Source: Eledone cirrhosa
Taxonomy: Eukaryota
Assembly: GCA_964016885.1 (NCBI GenBank)
Contig: OZ024762.1
Span: forward strand, 19,592,001 to 19,656,000
Direction of reading: 5' to 3'
Length of the DNA: 64,000 nt
Part shown: positions 12,870-27,017 of the stretch, in pieces
How positions within the stretch are numbered: the stretch's first letter is position 1
How the letters are laid out: each line of letters begins with the position of its first letter
Notes under the pieces: generated by a model
The model's database searches: none
What the model saw: only the letters and a program-made list of their open reading frames with translations
What the model was told of the DNA's origin: nothing
Made by a program: the position numbers and the translations under genes

Positions 12870-12923
12870 CTGCTATATATATTTCAGTGACAGCCATCTT
12901 TGGCTGTGACCTCTTCAGGCAGT
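12870..12923 (-). ncRNA. Type I hammerhead ribozyme (H2)
   Basis: Minus: CTGC-CTGAAGA-GGTCACAGCCAAAGATGGCTGTCACT-GAAA-TATATA-TA-GCAG. Confidence 0.8.
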
Positions 12924-13137
12924 TTGAATTAGTATGGTATAGACAAGGCATATGTTGTTTAGGTGTATAATATTGTCAATACTCTGATATGCCCAGTTCC
13001 TTGTTGGGTTGTTATTTCACATATGACTCCAGTTCCTCAGTGAAATAACAGCCCAACAAGGAACTGGGCATATCAGAGTATTGACAATATTATACACCTA
13101 AACAACATATGTACTTGTCTATACCATACTAATTCAA

Positions 13138-13194
13138 ACTGCCTGAAGAGGTCACAGCCAAAGATGGCTGTCACTGAAATATATATATAGCAGT
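13138..13194 (+). ncRNA. Type I hammerhead ribozyme (H2)
   Basis: ACTGC-CTGAAGA-GGTCACAGCCA AAGA TGGCTGTCACT-GAAA-TATATATA-TA-GCAGT. Confidence 0.8.
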
Positions 13195-13339
13195 AATAAA
13201 CGAAGCTAAATTTTAATCATTTGACTTTTATTTAACTTTATTTTACACTACTCCGGAGTAACCAAACCAACTTGCGCACTTCGTCGAGTGCTCCAGCCTG
13301 CATACTGAGGTGTTGGTATACAACCAACATAAACTCAAA

Positions 13340-13373
<34 letters not shown>

Positions 13374-13639
13374 GCACATATATATATTTCTAATTCTTCT
13401 TAGAATCCTCATATTTTATTTTCTGATGAAGGACTGGCATTCGAAACATTAAGGCTTTTTCCCTACTATATCAAAACTAAAACTAATAATATATTTCATC
13501 ATTGTACTGTGTTGTTTGCTTTGTTATTTTTGTTTTGCCTTTTGTATATATATATATATATATATATATAACAGCTCATCTATGTATATATACGTGTGTG
13601 TGTGGGTGTATATATATATGTGTGTGTGCGTGTATGATA

Positions 13640-13925
13640 CGACAAAAAGTGTCCAGTCCACACTGTAATGTCGTCGTGTTGGTGTCACAACAAATAGCAC
13701 CTAGGCCACACTTTAGAGTGATCATGTTGGTGCCACAATAAGAAGCACCAAGTAGACATAATAAATGTGGTTGGCATTAGGAAGGGCTTCCTGCTGTAGA
13801 AACTAAACTAGAATTAGTTGTGTATGAGCAAGACACCATCATATAACCTGGCTTGTCTCACAACGGGACAACTTATCTAACCCATGCTAGCCTAAAAAAA
13901 TGGATGTTAAATGGTGATGATGATG
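13640..13925 (+). mobile_element. Diverged family C retroposon
   Basis: TGTGGTTGGCATTAGGAAGGGC..TAACCCATGCTAGC..(ATG)n. Confidence 0.65.
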
Positions 13926-13959
13926 AGATGTTACAAGTTTAGTCCAGTACACTATACTC

Positions 13960-14165
13960 TTGGAAAGTAGGCCCTCTTCGGGCACAAATGACTATGGTTT
14001 TGCTCCAAGAAAGTTCCCCTCCAAGGCACAAGTCCAGGCAAGGTTGTTTGTAGAAGACCAGCAGTCAGCCATACATACTTGTCTCCCTTTATCCACGCCA
14101 CCGATGTTATCCAAGGGAAAGGTAGTGGCCAATACTGCTAAACACCAGTGATGATGCAACTCATT
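13960..14165 (-). mobile_element. SINE family D body
   Basis: Reverse complement of the body at 58470-58660. Confidence 0.65.
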
Positions 14166-14179
14166 AATTAAAATATACT

Positions 14180-14355
14180 TGGCGGTATCGGTAGCGAGTC
14201 GGATGCCATGCTTTCCAGCATAGTTACGTCCCTTTACAGTTTGAGTTCAAATCCCGCCGAGGTTTACTTTGCCTTTCATCCTTACGGGGTCAATAAAATA
14301 AAGTACCAGTAATACACTGGGTAATTGCTGGCCTTGTGCCTAAAGTAGAAACAAT
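14180..14355 (+). mobile_element. SINE family B
   Basis: TGGC.GTATCGGTAG..GAGTTCAAATCCCGCCGAGG..GTGCCTAAAGTAGAAACAATT. Confidence 0.85.
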
Positions 14356-15009
14356 TAATTAAAATATACATGGTGTTAGGAAGGGCATCCAGCCGTAGAA
14401 AACCCGCCAGACAGTCCTATGCGAGCAAGACCACTCTTGCCTCAAGTGGGAAAACTCCCGTTCAAACTCATGCAAGCGTGGAACATGGACGTTAAACGAT
14501 GATGATGATGATGATACACAGACATGTATATAATGTGAAATGCAACTGGAAGGTCCATATATATATATATATGTGTGTGTGTTTGTATAAACATATATAT
14601 ATATATGTGTGTGTGTATATATATATGGGTGTCTGTGATCTATATACACTGGTCATAGCCACACACACATACACACAATCACATATATATATATATATAT
14701 ATACACATACAACAACACCACCAGCTCTCTCTTCCATTCTCCTTCTCTGTCTCCTCTCCCTCTCTCTATCTCTCTCTTTCAATCTACTCTGTCACAACCA
14801 CTATCTCTTCCTCTCTATCTTTCTCTCTCTTTGTTTATGAAGGTACCAGGAAAAGCCCCTGGTCCGATTTACTTGAAACTTGTTTTATTCCTTTTGTATT
14901 CCCATTTCAAGGTCAACGTCCTTTCAAAGTAGTTTCCCATTATGCGTCCCTTTTGGCTGTAATACATTACAGACAAGCAAGCAAGCTATCACAGACTTTT
15001 AGTATTAAA

Positions 15010-15176
15010 TATATAATTATTTCACATAATATCGAGTCTATGAGATTTAGATGTTATTTATTTTGAGAACAACAATACCGTTACATCAATATGAGTGGCC
15101 GGTTGCACACGGTTTGAACAGAGAGATGTGACGGAATTCTGGCTGGATACGGCCGTTTTAAATGCTAAAGGGTTAA
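15010..15176. mobile_element. piggyBac-type MITE, partial
   Basis: One terminus AATGCTAAAGGGTTAA plus family body. Confidence 0.65.
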
Positions 15177-15738
15177 ATCACAACCTTACTATTGTGAGCT
15201 TATGGTTCTAACCACTAAACCACGCCTCTTCACTTAGGGAAAGTATAGTGTAGATATTATCATAATGATTTTTTGCCTTGAAGCTAAGCTTAAACCATTT
15301 CGATGGCACCGAAATGGTTTAAGCTTAGCTGTCAGATATCTAAACTTATATAAAGATATAGAAATATTTCAAAATAAACAGCTTTGTAGTGTAGAACCAG
15401 GGCAGGGAGCGGTTTGATGTGGTTTGGTATTAAAAGGTTTAAATGAGTTAAAAAATGGCAGCACAGGTTGCATTGCTTTTAACAGGATTCCCATTTAATC
15501 CTGTATGTCTTTCTATATTTGTTATGACTGATTTCCTTGCAAACATTTCTATCACATGAGCCTAATTGATGAACATTCAGCTTTATATATGCACATATAT
15601 CAATATACATATATATTATACACACACACACACACACACTCACACATACTCACACACATGCATGCACACCCACACACTCACGCACACACACACACACACA
15701 CACACAGATATATCGATTCTGATTAAAATGAGAATGTG

Positions 15739-16392
<654 letters not shown>

Positions 16393-16548
16393 GAAAGTTT
16401 TTTGTTTGCCATATATTTGATAAATAGACATTTTTAATTTCCGATTAACTTTTTTGTTTTTAATTTGTTCTACCCCCCCCCCCCCCCCCTCCATATCCCC
16501 TCATTCCTCATATTTGGATAGGTTAAACAGCTAACTTAATGATTCACT

Positions 16549-16590
<42 letters not shown>

Positions 16591-16668
16591 TCTCTGTCTC
16601 TCTCTCTCACTCTCTATCTGTCTCTCTCTCTCACTCTCTCTCTGTCTCTCTCTGTCTCTCTCTCACTC

Positions 16669-16738
<70 letters not shown>

Positions 16739-17400
16739 TCTCTCACTATGTCTCTCTGTCTCTCTCTCTCTCTCTCACTATGTCTCTCACTCCTTCGCTC
16801 ACCCTCTCTCCACTCTCACCCACTCTATTTTCTCCTCTTTCACTATCTCTCTTTCCCTTTCTCTCTCCCCCTCTCTCTCTCTCTCTGTTGCTCCCTGTGT
16901 TTCATGCCTCTCTCTCTCTCTCTACCCCCCGTCTCTCTTTTGCTCCCTGTGTGTTTTATATCCTCCTCTCCCTCCCTGTGTGTTTCATACCTCAATCTCT
17001 CTCTCACTCTCTCCTCCTCTCTCCCTCTCCTCCTCTCTTGCTCTCTCCGCTTACTCACTGTGTTTCATACCTCCCCCCCCCCCCCCCTCTCTCAGTCTAT
17101 CACCATCACATCCCCTTCAATAGAAATTAAAATATTCATATTTATATGTAGCCTGACTTTCAGGTTAATAAGATAGTGGAATGTGTGCTATGATATTATC
17201 ATGCCATGTATTCCACAGCTTAGATGAACAAATTGCAATCTGCTTCCAATTTCTCAGGCCTTAAGCAATCATAAATACGCCATTTATTATTAATCCTCTG
17301 TTTTTTTGTTTTTTACACGCAGAAATGCCCATTTGTACCGTCCTGTATTGTCCTTAATGTCTATTTTATGTAAACCCTTGTGGTTAATAAATAAAGCATT

Positions 17401-17967
17401 ATTAATATTATTATTATTATTATTGTTATTACTCTTTGAGTCTCAGTCATTGATGTTAGTTAACTGGAAAGTTTGTTGAGATGAATATCAAGCCGCTACC
17501 TGCAGCCTCAGATATTCAGGACGTATCGGAGGGTTCTTGCTGTTCCCAGCAAGCATGCCTTTTGAAGCGTTCTAAAAAGCGTGAAGGGGCCAATTTTCTT
17601 TAACCATCCCTGGAAACTTTTTGAGATAGTCTCTAGTGCGCCTATGACTATCGGGATCACTTTGACTTCATGGCAGTTCCAAATCCTTTTTACCTCCCAC
17701 TTTAAGTCCTGGTATCGGTTAATTTTCTCCCTCTCCTTCTCTGGCACTCTCGTGTCGAATGGGCAGGCCACATCCACAATCAGGCACGATCTATTTTCTT
17801 TGTCCAAAACCACCAGGTCAGGTCTATTGTGTTCCAGTTTCTTGTCCGTCTGTATCCTAAAATCCCACAGCACCTTCACCTGATCGTTTTCTTTCACCGA
17901 CTCTGGCTTATGCTCATACCACTTCTCAGAATGTGGTAAATTGTTTACTTTGCATAGGTGCCAGTGG

Positions 17968-17972
<5 letters not shown>
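17401..17972 (-). mobile_element. Second R4/Dong-like REL LINE 3' end, open frame to stop
   Basis: VLWDFRIQTDKKLEHNRPDLVVLDK..IVDVACPFD..KINRYQDL..KACLLGTARTLRYVLNI; (TTA)n on both sides. Confidence 0.88.
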
Positions 17973-18005
<33 letters not shown>

Positions 18006-18525
18006 GGGTGGTGGATTGGCAGTATCGGTAGTGGGTCGGCCCTTGCCATTCTGAGTTCAAATCCCGCCGAGGTTCATTTTGCCTTTCATCCTTACAAGGT
18101 AGATAGATAAAATAAAGTACCAGTAATGCACTGGGATAATTGCTGGCCTTGTGCCAAAAGTAGAAACAGTTATTATTATTATTATTATTATTATCATTAT
18201 TAGGGCAGTAGTTTGGCAGACTCGGTAGAGCATCAGACGCCATGCTATGCAGCATTGAGTTATGGCCCTTTATGATCTGACTTCAAATCCCGCTGGAGTT
18301 AACTTTGCATTTCATCCTTATGGGGTCAATAAAATAATGTACCAGTCACGCACTGGGGTCGATTTAATCAATTTCCCCTCCCCCAAAATTGCTGGCCTTG
18401 TGCCTATATAAGAAACCATTCCTCTGAGGTTAACTTTGCCTGTCATCCTTACGGGGTCGATAAAATAAAGTACCAGTAATACACTGATATTATTGCTGGC
18501 CTTGTGCCAAAAGTAGAAACAAATA
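18006..18525 (+). mobile_element. Cluster of SINE family B copies
   Basis: Three partial or complete copies separated by (ATT)n. Confidence 0.8.
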
Positions 18526-18553
18526 TAGTTTATAAAGCAATATGTTATGTCAA

Positions 18554-18617
18554 TACTAATCTATTTTTATTTTTCTTCTATTTACAGGTCAGTACCATTG
18601 TTTCTGTTTTGGTAGGT
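18554..18617 (+). other. Candidate 3' splice site with 24-nt microexon or recursive splice site
   Basis: TACTAAT branch-like motif, pyrimidine tract, TTTACAG|GTCAGT at 18587/18588, downstream GTAGGT at 18612. Confidence 0.35.
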
Positions 18618-18815
18618 TCTGTTATTTTCCCTGTTGTATGTTGAAGATTTTTTTAAATATACAAAAGCCAACATTTGTTCTCCCATGGTGGATTGATCCT
18701 CACCCTCAGCAAACAGCATATACTTTGCTCTTCTCACTTATTGAGTGCTCATTCAGTTAATGTTTGAATGTTTTATTAACATATGTAATAAACAACATAA
18801 GATAATTATTTCATA

Positions 18816-18864
<49 letters not shown>

Positions 18865-19165
18865 ATATTTGGGGAGGGTCATATTGTTATAATATTGCAA
18901 GAAATATATAATAAAACACCCTCACTGTGTAGATACTATACCTCTTAGGGCTTCTCAACAGATGTAAAGCCAGTATGGTCCCCACTTCTAAAAATACTTC
19001 AGACAACTTCAAATAACGCACGCTACATGTTCATAGTGGCTTGAATGGATCAAAAGACGGCTAGAAATAGCAGGCCATAACCATTCAACTTAAGAAGCTC
19101 AACTTACATAAAAAATGAATAAGGAGCCAAAATACCAAATTAAAAAACGGAGTTAAAAACCCATG

Positions 19166-20319
19166 TTAACTCTTTAGCATTCACATTATTTTACATATAC
19201 TATTATATTTTCATGGTAAAGGCTTTACCTCACATAATATCTCACATAACATTCACATTACTCTATATATACTATTATATTTTCATGGTAAAGGCTTTAC
19301 CTCACATAATATCTGACATAACATTCACATTACTCTATATATACTATTATATTGTCACAGTAAAGGCTTTACCTCACATAATATCTCACATAACATTCAC
19401 ATTACTCTATATATACTATTATATTTTCATGGTAAAGGCTTTACCTCACATAATATCTCACATAACATTCACATTACTCTATATATACTATTATATTTTC
19501 ATGGTAAAGGCTTTACCTCACGTAATATCTCACATAACATTCACATTACTCTATATATACTATTATATTTTCACAGTAAAGGCTTTACCTCACATAATAT
19601 CTCACATAACATTTACATAACTCTATATATACTATTATATTTTCATGGTAAAGGCTTTACCTCACATAATATCTCACATAACATTCACATTACTCTATAT
19701 ATACTATTATATTTTCATGGTAAAGGCTTTACCTCACATAATATCTCACATAACATTCACATTACTCTATATATACTATTATATTTTCACAGTAAAGGCT
19801 TTACCTCACATAATATCTCACATAACATTTACATAACTCTATATATACTATTGTATTTTCACAGTAAAGACTTTACCTCACATAACATTCACATTACTCT
19901 ATATATACTATTATATTTTCATGGTAAAGGCTTTACCTCACATAAATATCTCACATAACATTCACATTACTCTATATATACTATTGTATTTTCATGGTAA
20001 AGGCTTTACCTCACATAAATATCTCACATAACATTCACATTACTCTATATATACTATTATATTTTCATGGTAAAGGCTTTACCTCACATAATTATCTCAC
20101 ATAACATTCACATTACTCTATATATACTATTATATTTCCATGGTAAAGGCTTTACCTCACATAATATCTCACATAATATCGAATCTATGAGATTTTGAAA
20201 GTATTTATTTTGAGAACAATACCTTAACATCAGTTTGAGTGACCAGTTACAGCCAGTTTCAACAGAAAGAGGTAGAGAATTCTGGCCGGTTTTGGCCGGT
20301 TTGAACATTAAAGGGTTAA
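19166..20319. mobile_element. piggyBac-type MITE expanded by an internal 72-bp tandem array (~14 units)
   Basis: TTAA termini at both ends; unit CATTCACATTACTCTATATATACTATTATATTTTCATGGTAAAGGCTTTACCTCACATAATATCTCACATAA. Confidence 0.85.
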
Positions 20320-20662
20320 TACCACCTTTACACCTGTTGAGGAACTCTAAGTGGTATGGTATTTATATTTTTTCTGCCAAACCATTTTCTCATTAGAGTT
20401 TGTCCTGGTGTTTATAGTTATAACAGGTTGTTCTGTACATTTTGATTTATTCTTTTAATTAATATGTATTTTCCACCCCATTCGTAGACTTTATGTTTTT
20501 CACTCTAGTGGTTCTCTACCCCATGTAATTGAAAATATACCTCTTTGTGTTTTCTTCTCTATATACTGTATTATGAAGAGCCTGGTATCTATACCTTGAT
20601 GTCATTAAATTACAGGGGATTAACGTCAGATTTTAACTCCGTGTTTTAATTTGATATATATA

Positions 20663-20715
<53 letters not shown>

Positions 20716-20859
20716 GCAAAAGTTTTATTTAAATTGTTGGGATACAACAAGCAAATATTTTTATAACTGATATAAAGCACTCGACAAGTATTTGGAGTAG
20801 ATATACGATATTAACAAATGGAAACTATATAAATATAGTTTCCATTTGTTAATATCGTA

Positions 20860-21262
<403 letters not shown>

Positions 21263-21370
21263 CGTTTCTGAATTTGTTTAGCAAGATTCTTTATCTGAAA
21301 TCGTGTGTTGAAGTGAAACAACTGGTGCGTGTGTTTGTTATTGGCAACATGACCCTCCCAAAGTATAACA

Positions 21371-21509
<139 letters not shown>

Positions 21510-21546
21510 GATATATATGTAGATATATATGTATATATATATTAAG

Positions 21547-21582
<36 letters not shown>

Positions 21583-21641
21583 GTAGATATATATATATAT
21601 GTATATATATATATGTAGATATGTATATATATATATGTAGA

Positions 21642-21682
<41 letters not shown>

Positions 21683-21742
21683 CTATATGTTTATCATCAT
21701 CATCATCATCACCATACGTCTGTTCTTCTACGCTAGCATGGA

Positions 21743-21779
<37 letters not shown>

Positions 21780-21802
21780 GTATATATATATGTATACATA
21801 TA

Positions 21803-22197
21803 TAACTTTGAAATGTTTTGGCCAGTATTGGCCCAGGCCATGTCTAACTTAATAGCACCACCTGGCGAAGTCTTTCAATTCAGGATTTGGGCACCATGGC
21901 CCATTCGAGAAGGGAATTACTGTTTGCGGAGACATATCTGGGTGTGGGTGGTTTGTCCGGGATTACTTGGAGGAATTTGTCCAAAGACTTCTTGAATTTT
22001 GTGTGGTCAGTTATTGTTTTGACGTGTTCTGGTGTGATGTTGAAGAGAGCAGGGCCAATTGAGGTGAAATAATTGTGCCGTATTGTTGTTATGAGTTGCG
22101 ATTTAGATTTTTGTTTGGGACGGATAGCACGGGGCCCAAGCCTTGGGTGTATCTTGAAAGTGATGCCAACATCATTTGGGTAGTGCTGATGAAACAT
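21803..22197 (-). mobile_element. 5'-truncated LINE 3' end (CR1/Jockey-group-like C-terminus plus 3' UTR)
   Basis: [36 protein letters not shown] resembles the post-RT tail of CR1-group LINEs. Confidence 0.65.
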
Positions 22198-22317
22198 TTA
22201 CAGATATATAGATATTTATAGATATAGATATATATATACATATATATATATTTATATATACATATATAGATATTTATATATACATATATAGATATATATA
22301 CATATATAAATATATAT

Positions 22318-22465
22318 ATCATCATCATCATCATTTTACGTCCGCTTTTCCCTGCTTGCAAGGGTGGGACGGGTCTTATTCAGCACAGCATCTCTCCACT
22401 CGTCACGGTCCCTCGTCATCTCCACCGTGAGCTTCAATGATCTGAGGTCTGTTCTCACCACCTCA
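22318..22465 (-). mobile_element. RTE-clade LINE extreme 3' end
   Basis: [42 protein letters not shown], same family as 57795-58295. Confidence 0.85.
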
Positions 22466-22745
22466 TACATATATATTTGTATATATGTATACATATATAG
22501 ATATTTATATATATATACATATATAGATATATATATATATACATATATAAATATATATATATACATATATATTTATATATATGTATACATATATAGATAT
22601 TTATATAAATATATATATATACATATATATTTATATATATGTATACATATATAGATATTTATATATATATATATATATACATATATAGATATTTATATAT
22701 ACACATATATCATCATCATCATTATCATCATATATACATATATAT

Positions 22746-22785
<40 letters not shown>

Positions 22786-23424
22786 TTCCATGAATCATTC
22801 ACAGACAGACATACACACACACAAACCAAACCACACCACATCGTACACACACACACTACTACCAAATGGTGTTTCTATAGTATTGGTCTTTTATATAGAT
22901 TTATCTCCTAAGGCAGAATAAATGGCACTATCGGTACGTCTTAATGTCACTTGTATTAATATTTAAGCAGTGAATGTTGGCCTTTTGTGTGTTGTGTCTT
23001 AGCTTTGCTGGTTTGTTTGCCTAAAGCCTGGAAACTGCATTTTATCATGTAATAGGAACAATATATTACTCTTGAGTGCTGGCTGGCCGCATGGCTGGCA
23101 GTTCAGCTGACTTCTTTTGTTTCAATAACCTGACTTAAGAAAACTTTGTACTTTTAAAAGAAAATCTTGGCAAACTTATTATCGTTGAAAGAAAGAGTGA
23201 GAGGTAGGGTTCTTTTCACCCTTTACTTCCTGTTCTTTCTTTCTTTCATTCCATTCATTCTATATTTATTTATTTATTATTCCCTACTCACGTTCTTTTT
23301 GTCTTCATTTCTCTCTCTCTCTCTCTCTCCCTTTCTCTTTCGCCATTTCCATCATTATTTATTTATTTCTGTTGTTCTATATTTACTTCTCTTTATCTTT
23401 TTTCTTCTCTATCTCACATTCCTT

Positions 23425-23484
<60 letters not shown>

Positions 23485-23706
23485 TCTCTCCCTTGACACC
23501 CCCTAGTTTCCTTCCCATCTCAACTTCATCTAACCTGTTAATAACTCACAACTTTACCTATAAATTAGATAGAATATGCAGTATATATAATTACATTTTA
23601 TATCTCTCTGTCTATATATATATATATGTACATGCACGCGCACACACACACACACACACACACAACATATATATATGTACATGCACGCGCGCACACACAC
23701 ATACAA

Positions 23707-23748
<42 letters not shown>

Positions 23749-24398
23749 GTTCAAACTTAAGCCAAGTTCTCTTTTGGGGGATATAAGCTAGACCAACTAA
23801 AATAAGTCAGTTTTACTCATAGAGTTCCCCAACCATGGTTTCTGGAATTCAAAAAGCAACATTAACAATTCTGAGGCATTGAAATATCCAATTTTCAAAG
23901 AATTACAATTCCATCATCAGGGAAAGAATTATTTGGAATAAAAGTTGAATATATTTCATACATGCCATGGTGATTAATGTGCTACATTGGTGAATTACTA
24001 CATGAATATATCCCACTCAATATATTAGGACAACACTACAGGTTTATATTGACGCTGGAAATAGCAGCCAAAACCGTCAAAATCAGCTCAACATTGATGG
24101 AGCAATTAATCAATTTCTAAAGTTGTCTCTAATACTTAGACATCTCAATGAAAGATAGGACTGGATATATATATATATATATATAAACAAACGTGCTGCG
24201 TGGTTGCTAATGGGTTACATATGAATAAAGTTAGTCCTTCATCAGTGATCTTCCAACCTTCATTGGTATTTCATCATTTTAAAGACCATATACCTCCGGT
24301 TGGTGCGAGCAACGGCTAAAGAAAGTCGTTGGGACACGTAAGTAAGGGGAACGAGCGAGACTGTACAAAGATGGTAATGCAACGAAAAGTGAGGAAGA

Positions 24399-24466
<68 letters not shown>

Positions 24467-24469
<3 letters not shown>

Positions 24470-24635
24470 GTTGATTTAAAACTTCACTGCTCACAAGTGT
24501 TTTTTAAGCTTCATATCGTGTCTCCCTATTTTATCTGATGAGAACGCAGATATCATCCCATGATGATATTTGTTTTTGAAACGCGCATAATAAAATACTT
24601 GGAACTCTTTTAACCATCTTTTGATCTTATATTAT
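24467..24635 (+). mobile_element. Family H1 element
   Basis: Homologous to 10087-10255; (TA)n-flanked. Confidence 0.8.
24529..24595 (+). ncRNA. Type I hammerhead ribozyme (H1 variant)
   Basis: TTTTAT-CTGATGA-GAACGCAGATATCATCCCATGATGATATTTGTTTTT-GAAA-CGCGCA-TA-ATAAAA. Confidence 0.7.
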
Positions 24636-24654
24636 ATATTTATATATACATAGT

Positions 24655-24905
24655 GTTACGAAGAAAAGCACCCACTCCATGCTGTTATGTGGTTGTGTGG
24701 GAGACACGGTAAAAAGGCTCCCAGTCCACACTGTAAATGTGGTTGGTGTTAGGAAGGACATCCAGCCATAGAAAACCTGTCAGATTCAGTCCTGTTCGAG
24801 CGAGATGTGGTCACCTGACCAATCTTGCCTAAAATGGGGCAATTCCCATCTAACCCATGCTAGCTTGGAAGGTAGACATTACATGATGATGATGATGATG
24901 ATGAC
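24655..24905 (+). mobile_element. Diverged family C retroposon
   Basis: CCCAGTCCACACTGTAAATGTGGTTGGTGTTAGGAAGG..(ATG)n. Confidence 0.7.
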
Positions 24906-25589
24906 GATCTCTATATATATATATATAGTTAGTGATTTAGATTCACACTCACAAAGTTGTGAGTTTGATTCCCAAACAGGGCAATCAGTTGTGTGCTGGT
25001 CTTCCACAAAAACATCTTGCCCAGACTGTTCCCTTGGAGGGGTACTTTGTATGCTCAAATCCCATGGTCATCCGTTACCGAAGGGGTTTTTATATATATA
25101 TATATATTGCAATCGAAAGGTTGTGAGTTCAATTCTCAGACCGGATGATGTGTTGTTTCCTTGAGCAAGACACTTTATTTCACATTGCTCCAGTTTACTC
25201 AGCTGTAGAAATGAGATGATAGGGACTGGGGTGTGTGTGTGTTTATGTAGAAAATATCCGTATGTGTGAGAAAGGGCCTTGAAACCTTAGGTAGCTGTTT
25301 ATTCTGTGCATGAACATAAATAAAATGCAATGTATAATGAACGGTCTTGTTCAAGAACATACATTACCTGATTCAAGAGTTGAACCCACAATCCTACAAT
25401 TTTGAGTCCAACACCCTAACTACTAGGCCATATGCCTTCACTTCCTCTGCTCCTTGTGGTATCCCTATCAAACTCCACTCTATTGCAAGCATTTGAACCC
25501 TGTCACCTCACATTTCAGGACACCCCTACACACACATCTATCACCACCAGTTGCAGAGGTCTTGAAAAGTGTAATGATGTGTTCTGCTC

Positions 25590-26160
25590 TTCCCTCCATG
25601 ACTGACTAAACTCCCTTCGCCCCACCTTTCTCTTCACCACTGACTAAACACACCCTCCCCACCCTTTCCTTTCCCATGGCTGATTAAACTCCCCTCCCCC
25701 ACCCACCTTTCCCTCCACGACTGACTAAACACGGCCTCCTCCCCCACTTCACCCTTCAACTGATTAAACATGTCCTCCCCCTCACCCTTCCTTCCACAAC
25801 TGAACTAGACCCCGCTCCTCACCTGCCCTTCACACAAACTCCCCCACCTCGCCCTTCCTTCCACAGCTGACTAAACACTCCCTCCCCACTAATCCCTCCA
25901 CAGCTGACTAAACACCCTCCCTCTCTCCTGCCCTCCCTCCACAACTGACTAAACACCCTCCCCCTCACTTGCCCTCCCCTCCACAGCTGACTAAACACTC
26001 CCTCCCCACCCATCCCACCACAGCTGACTAAACACCCTGCTCTGCCCTCCCTCCACAACTGACTAACCTCCCCCTTTCACTTTCCCTGCCCTCCACAGCT
26101 GACTAAACACTCCCTCCCCAGCCTTCCCTCCATGGCTGACTGAACACCCCCTCCACCGTC
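25590..26160. repeat. ~40-bp period minisatellite with conserved CTGACTAAAC core and C-rich spacers
   Basis: About 14 cores at ~40-bp spacing. Confidence 0.85.
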
Positions 26161-26474
26161 ACTTGCCCCCTCCCGCCGTCCTTCCCTCAACACACCCACG
26201 AAAATAAATAAATAAAAGGTTTTCAATTATGATTAAAGCTACAGAAAAAAAACTGTAGACAAATATCACTGTTGGCTTTCTACCATTTTACTTTCCATTC
26301 TCTGTTGTCTACCATAAAGTAAGATGGAGTGGTATTGTGTTAGAGATAGCTCACAGCTTAAACTGTGTAATCTTAGCAAATGTGATTATATGATCACAGT
26401 GTGGAAATCTTTACAACCAATAGCTTTACCACACATCAAGAATGCTTCTTCAGCTTAACACCTCTTATCTCTCT

Positions 26475-26513
<39 letters not shown>

Positions 26514-26582
26514 TATATATATATATAATATTATAATGAAATGACAGGAGGCTGGATTTGTGTAAATCCTTGAAAGGTTTAT

Positions 26583-26642
26583 TATACTATGATCATTTCA
26601 ATGACCGGGTTCCGTATGAATCCGGTGATATCATCAGGTATT
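26583..26642 (-). ncRNA. Type I hammerhead ribozyme (family H4)
   Basis: Minus: ATAC-CTGATGA-TATCACCGGATTC ATACG GAACCCGGTCATT-GAAA-TGATCA-TA-GTAT. Confidence 0.8.
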
Positions 26643-26976
26643 CGAAATATAATACGTGAATGTAATAGATAAAATCCATGGGGCTGAAAATCGAGGACCC
26701 GAGGGCGACTACTGTCCTGCTCCTTCAACCTCAGCCGGTCGCCCTCGATTGACCAAACGGAATAGACCAGCTCTATCCAGTGGTGAACCTCAAACCTGAA
26801 TATATATATATATATATATATATCTTATATATATATATATATATCTTATATATATATATATATATCTGCTCTATTTTTACCTATGTTGATTATTTTCAAC
26901 TGAACCAGATCAATAATGATCTATAATCATTTGATCCAGAAATATTATATAGAGTAGCAAAACAATTGTAAACGGA

Positions 26977-27017
<41 letters not shown>

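Larger units (their letters stand above)
12820..13340. mobile_element. Family H2 element forming a ~425-bp palindrome
   Basis: Arms ~12820-13020 and ~13040-13245 with 19-nt spacer; relatives at 28065 and 34590. Confidence 0.8.

Noticed and set aside
19213-19836. Repeated MVKALPHIISHITF ORFs
   Set aside because: 72-bp tandem unit of a MITE
25590-26160. CRISPR-like repeat/spacer look (also 52110-52705)
   Set aside because: Eukaryotic context, related low-complexity spacers, no cas genes
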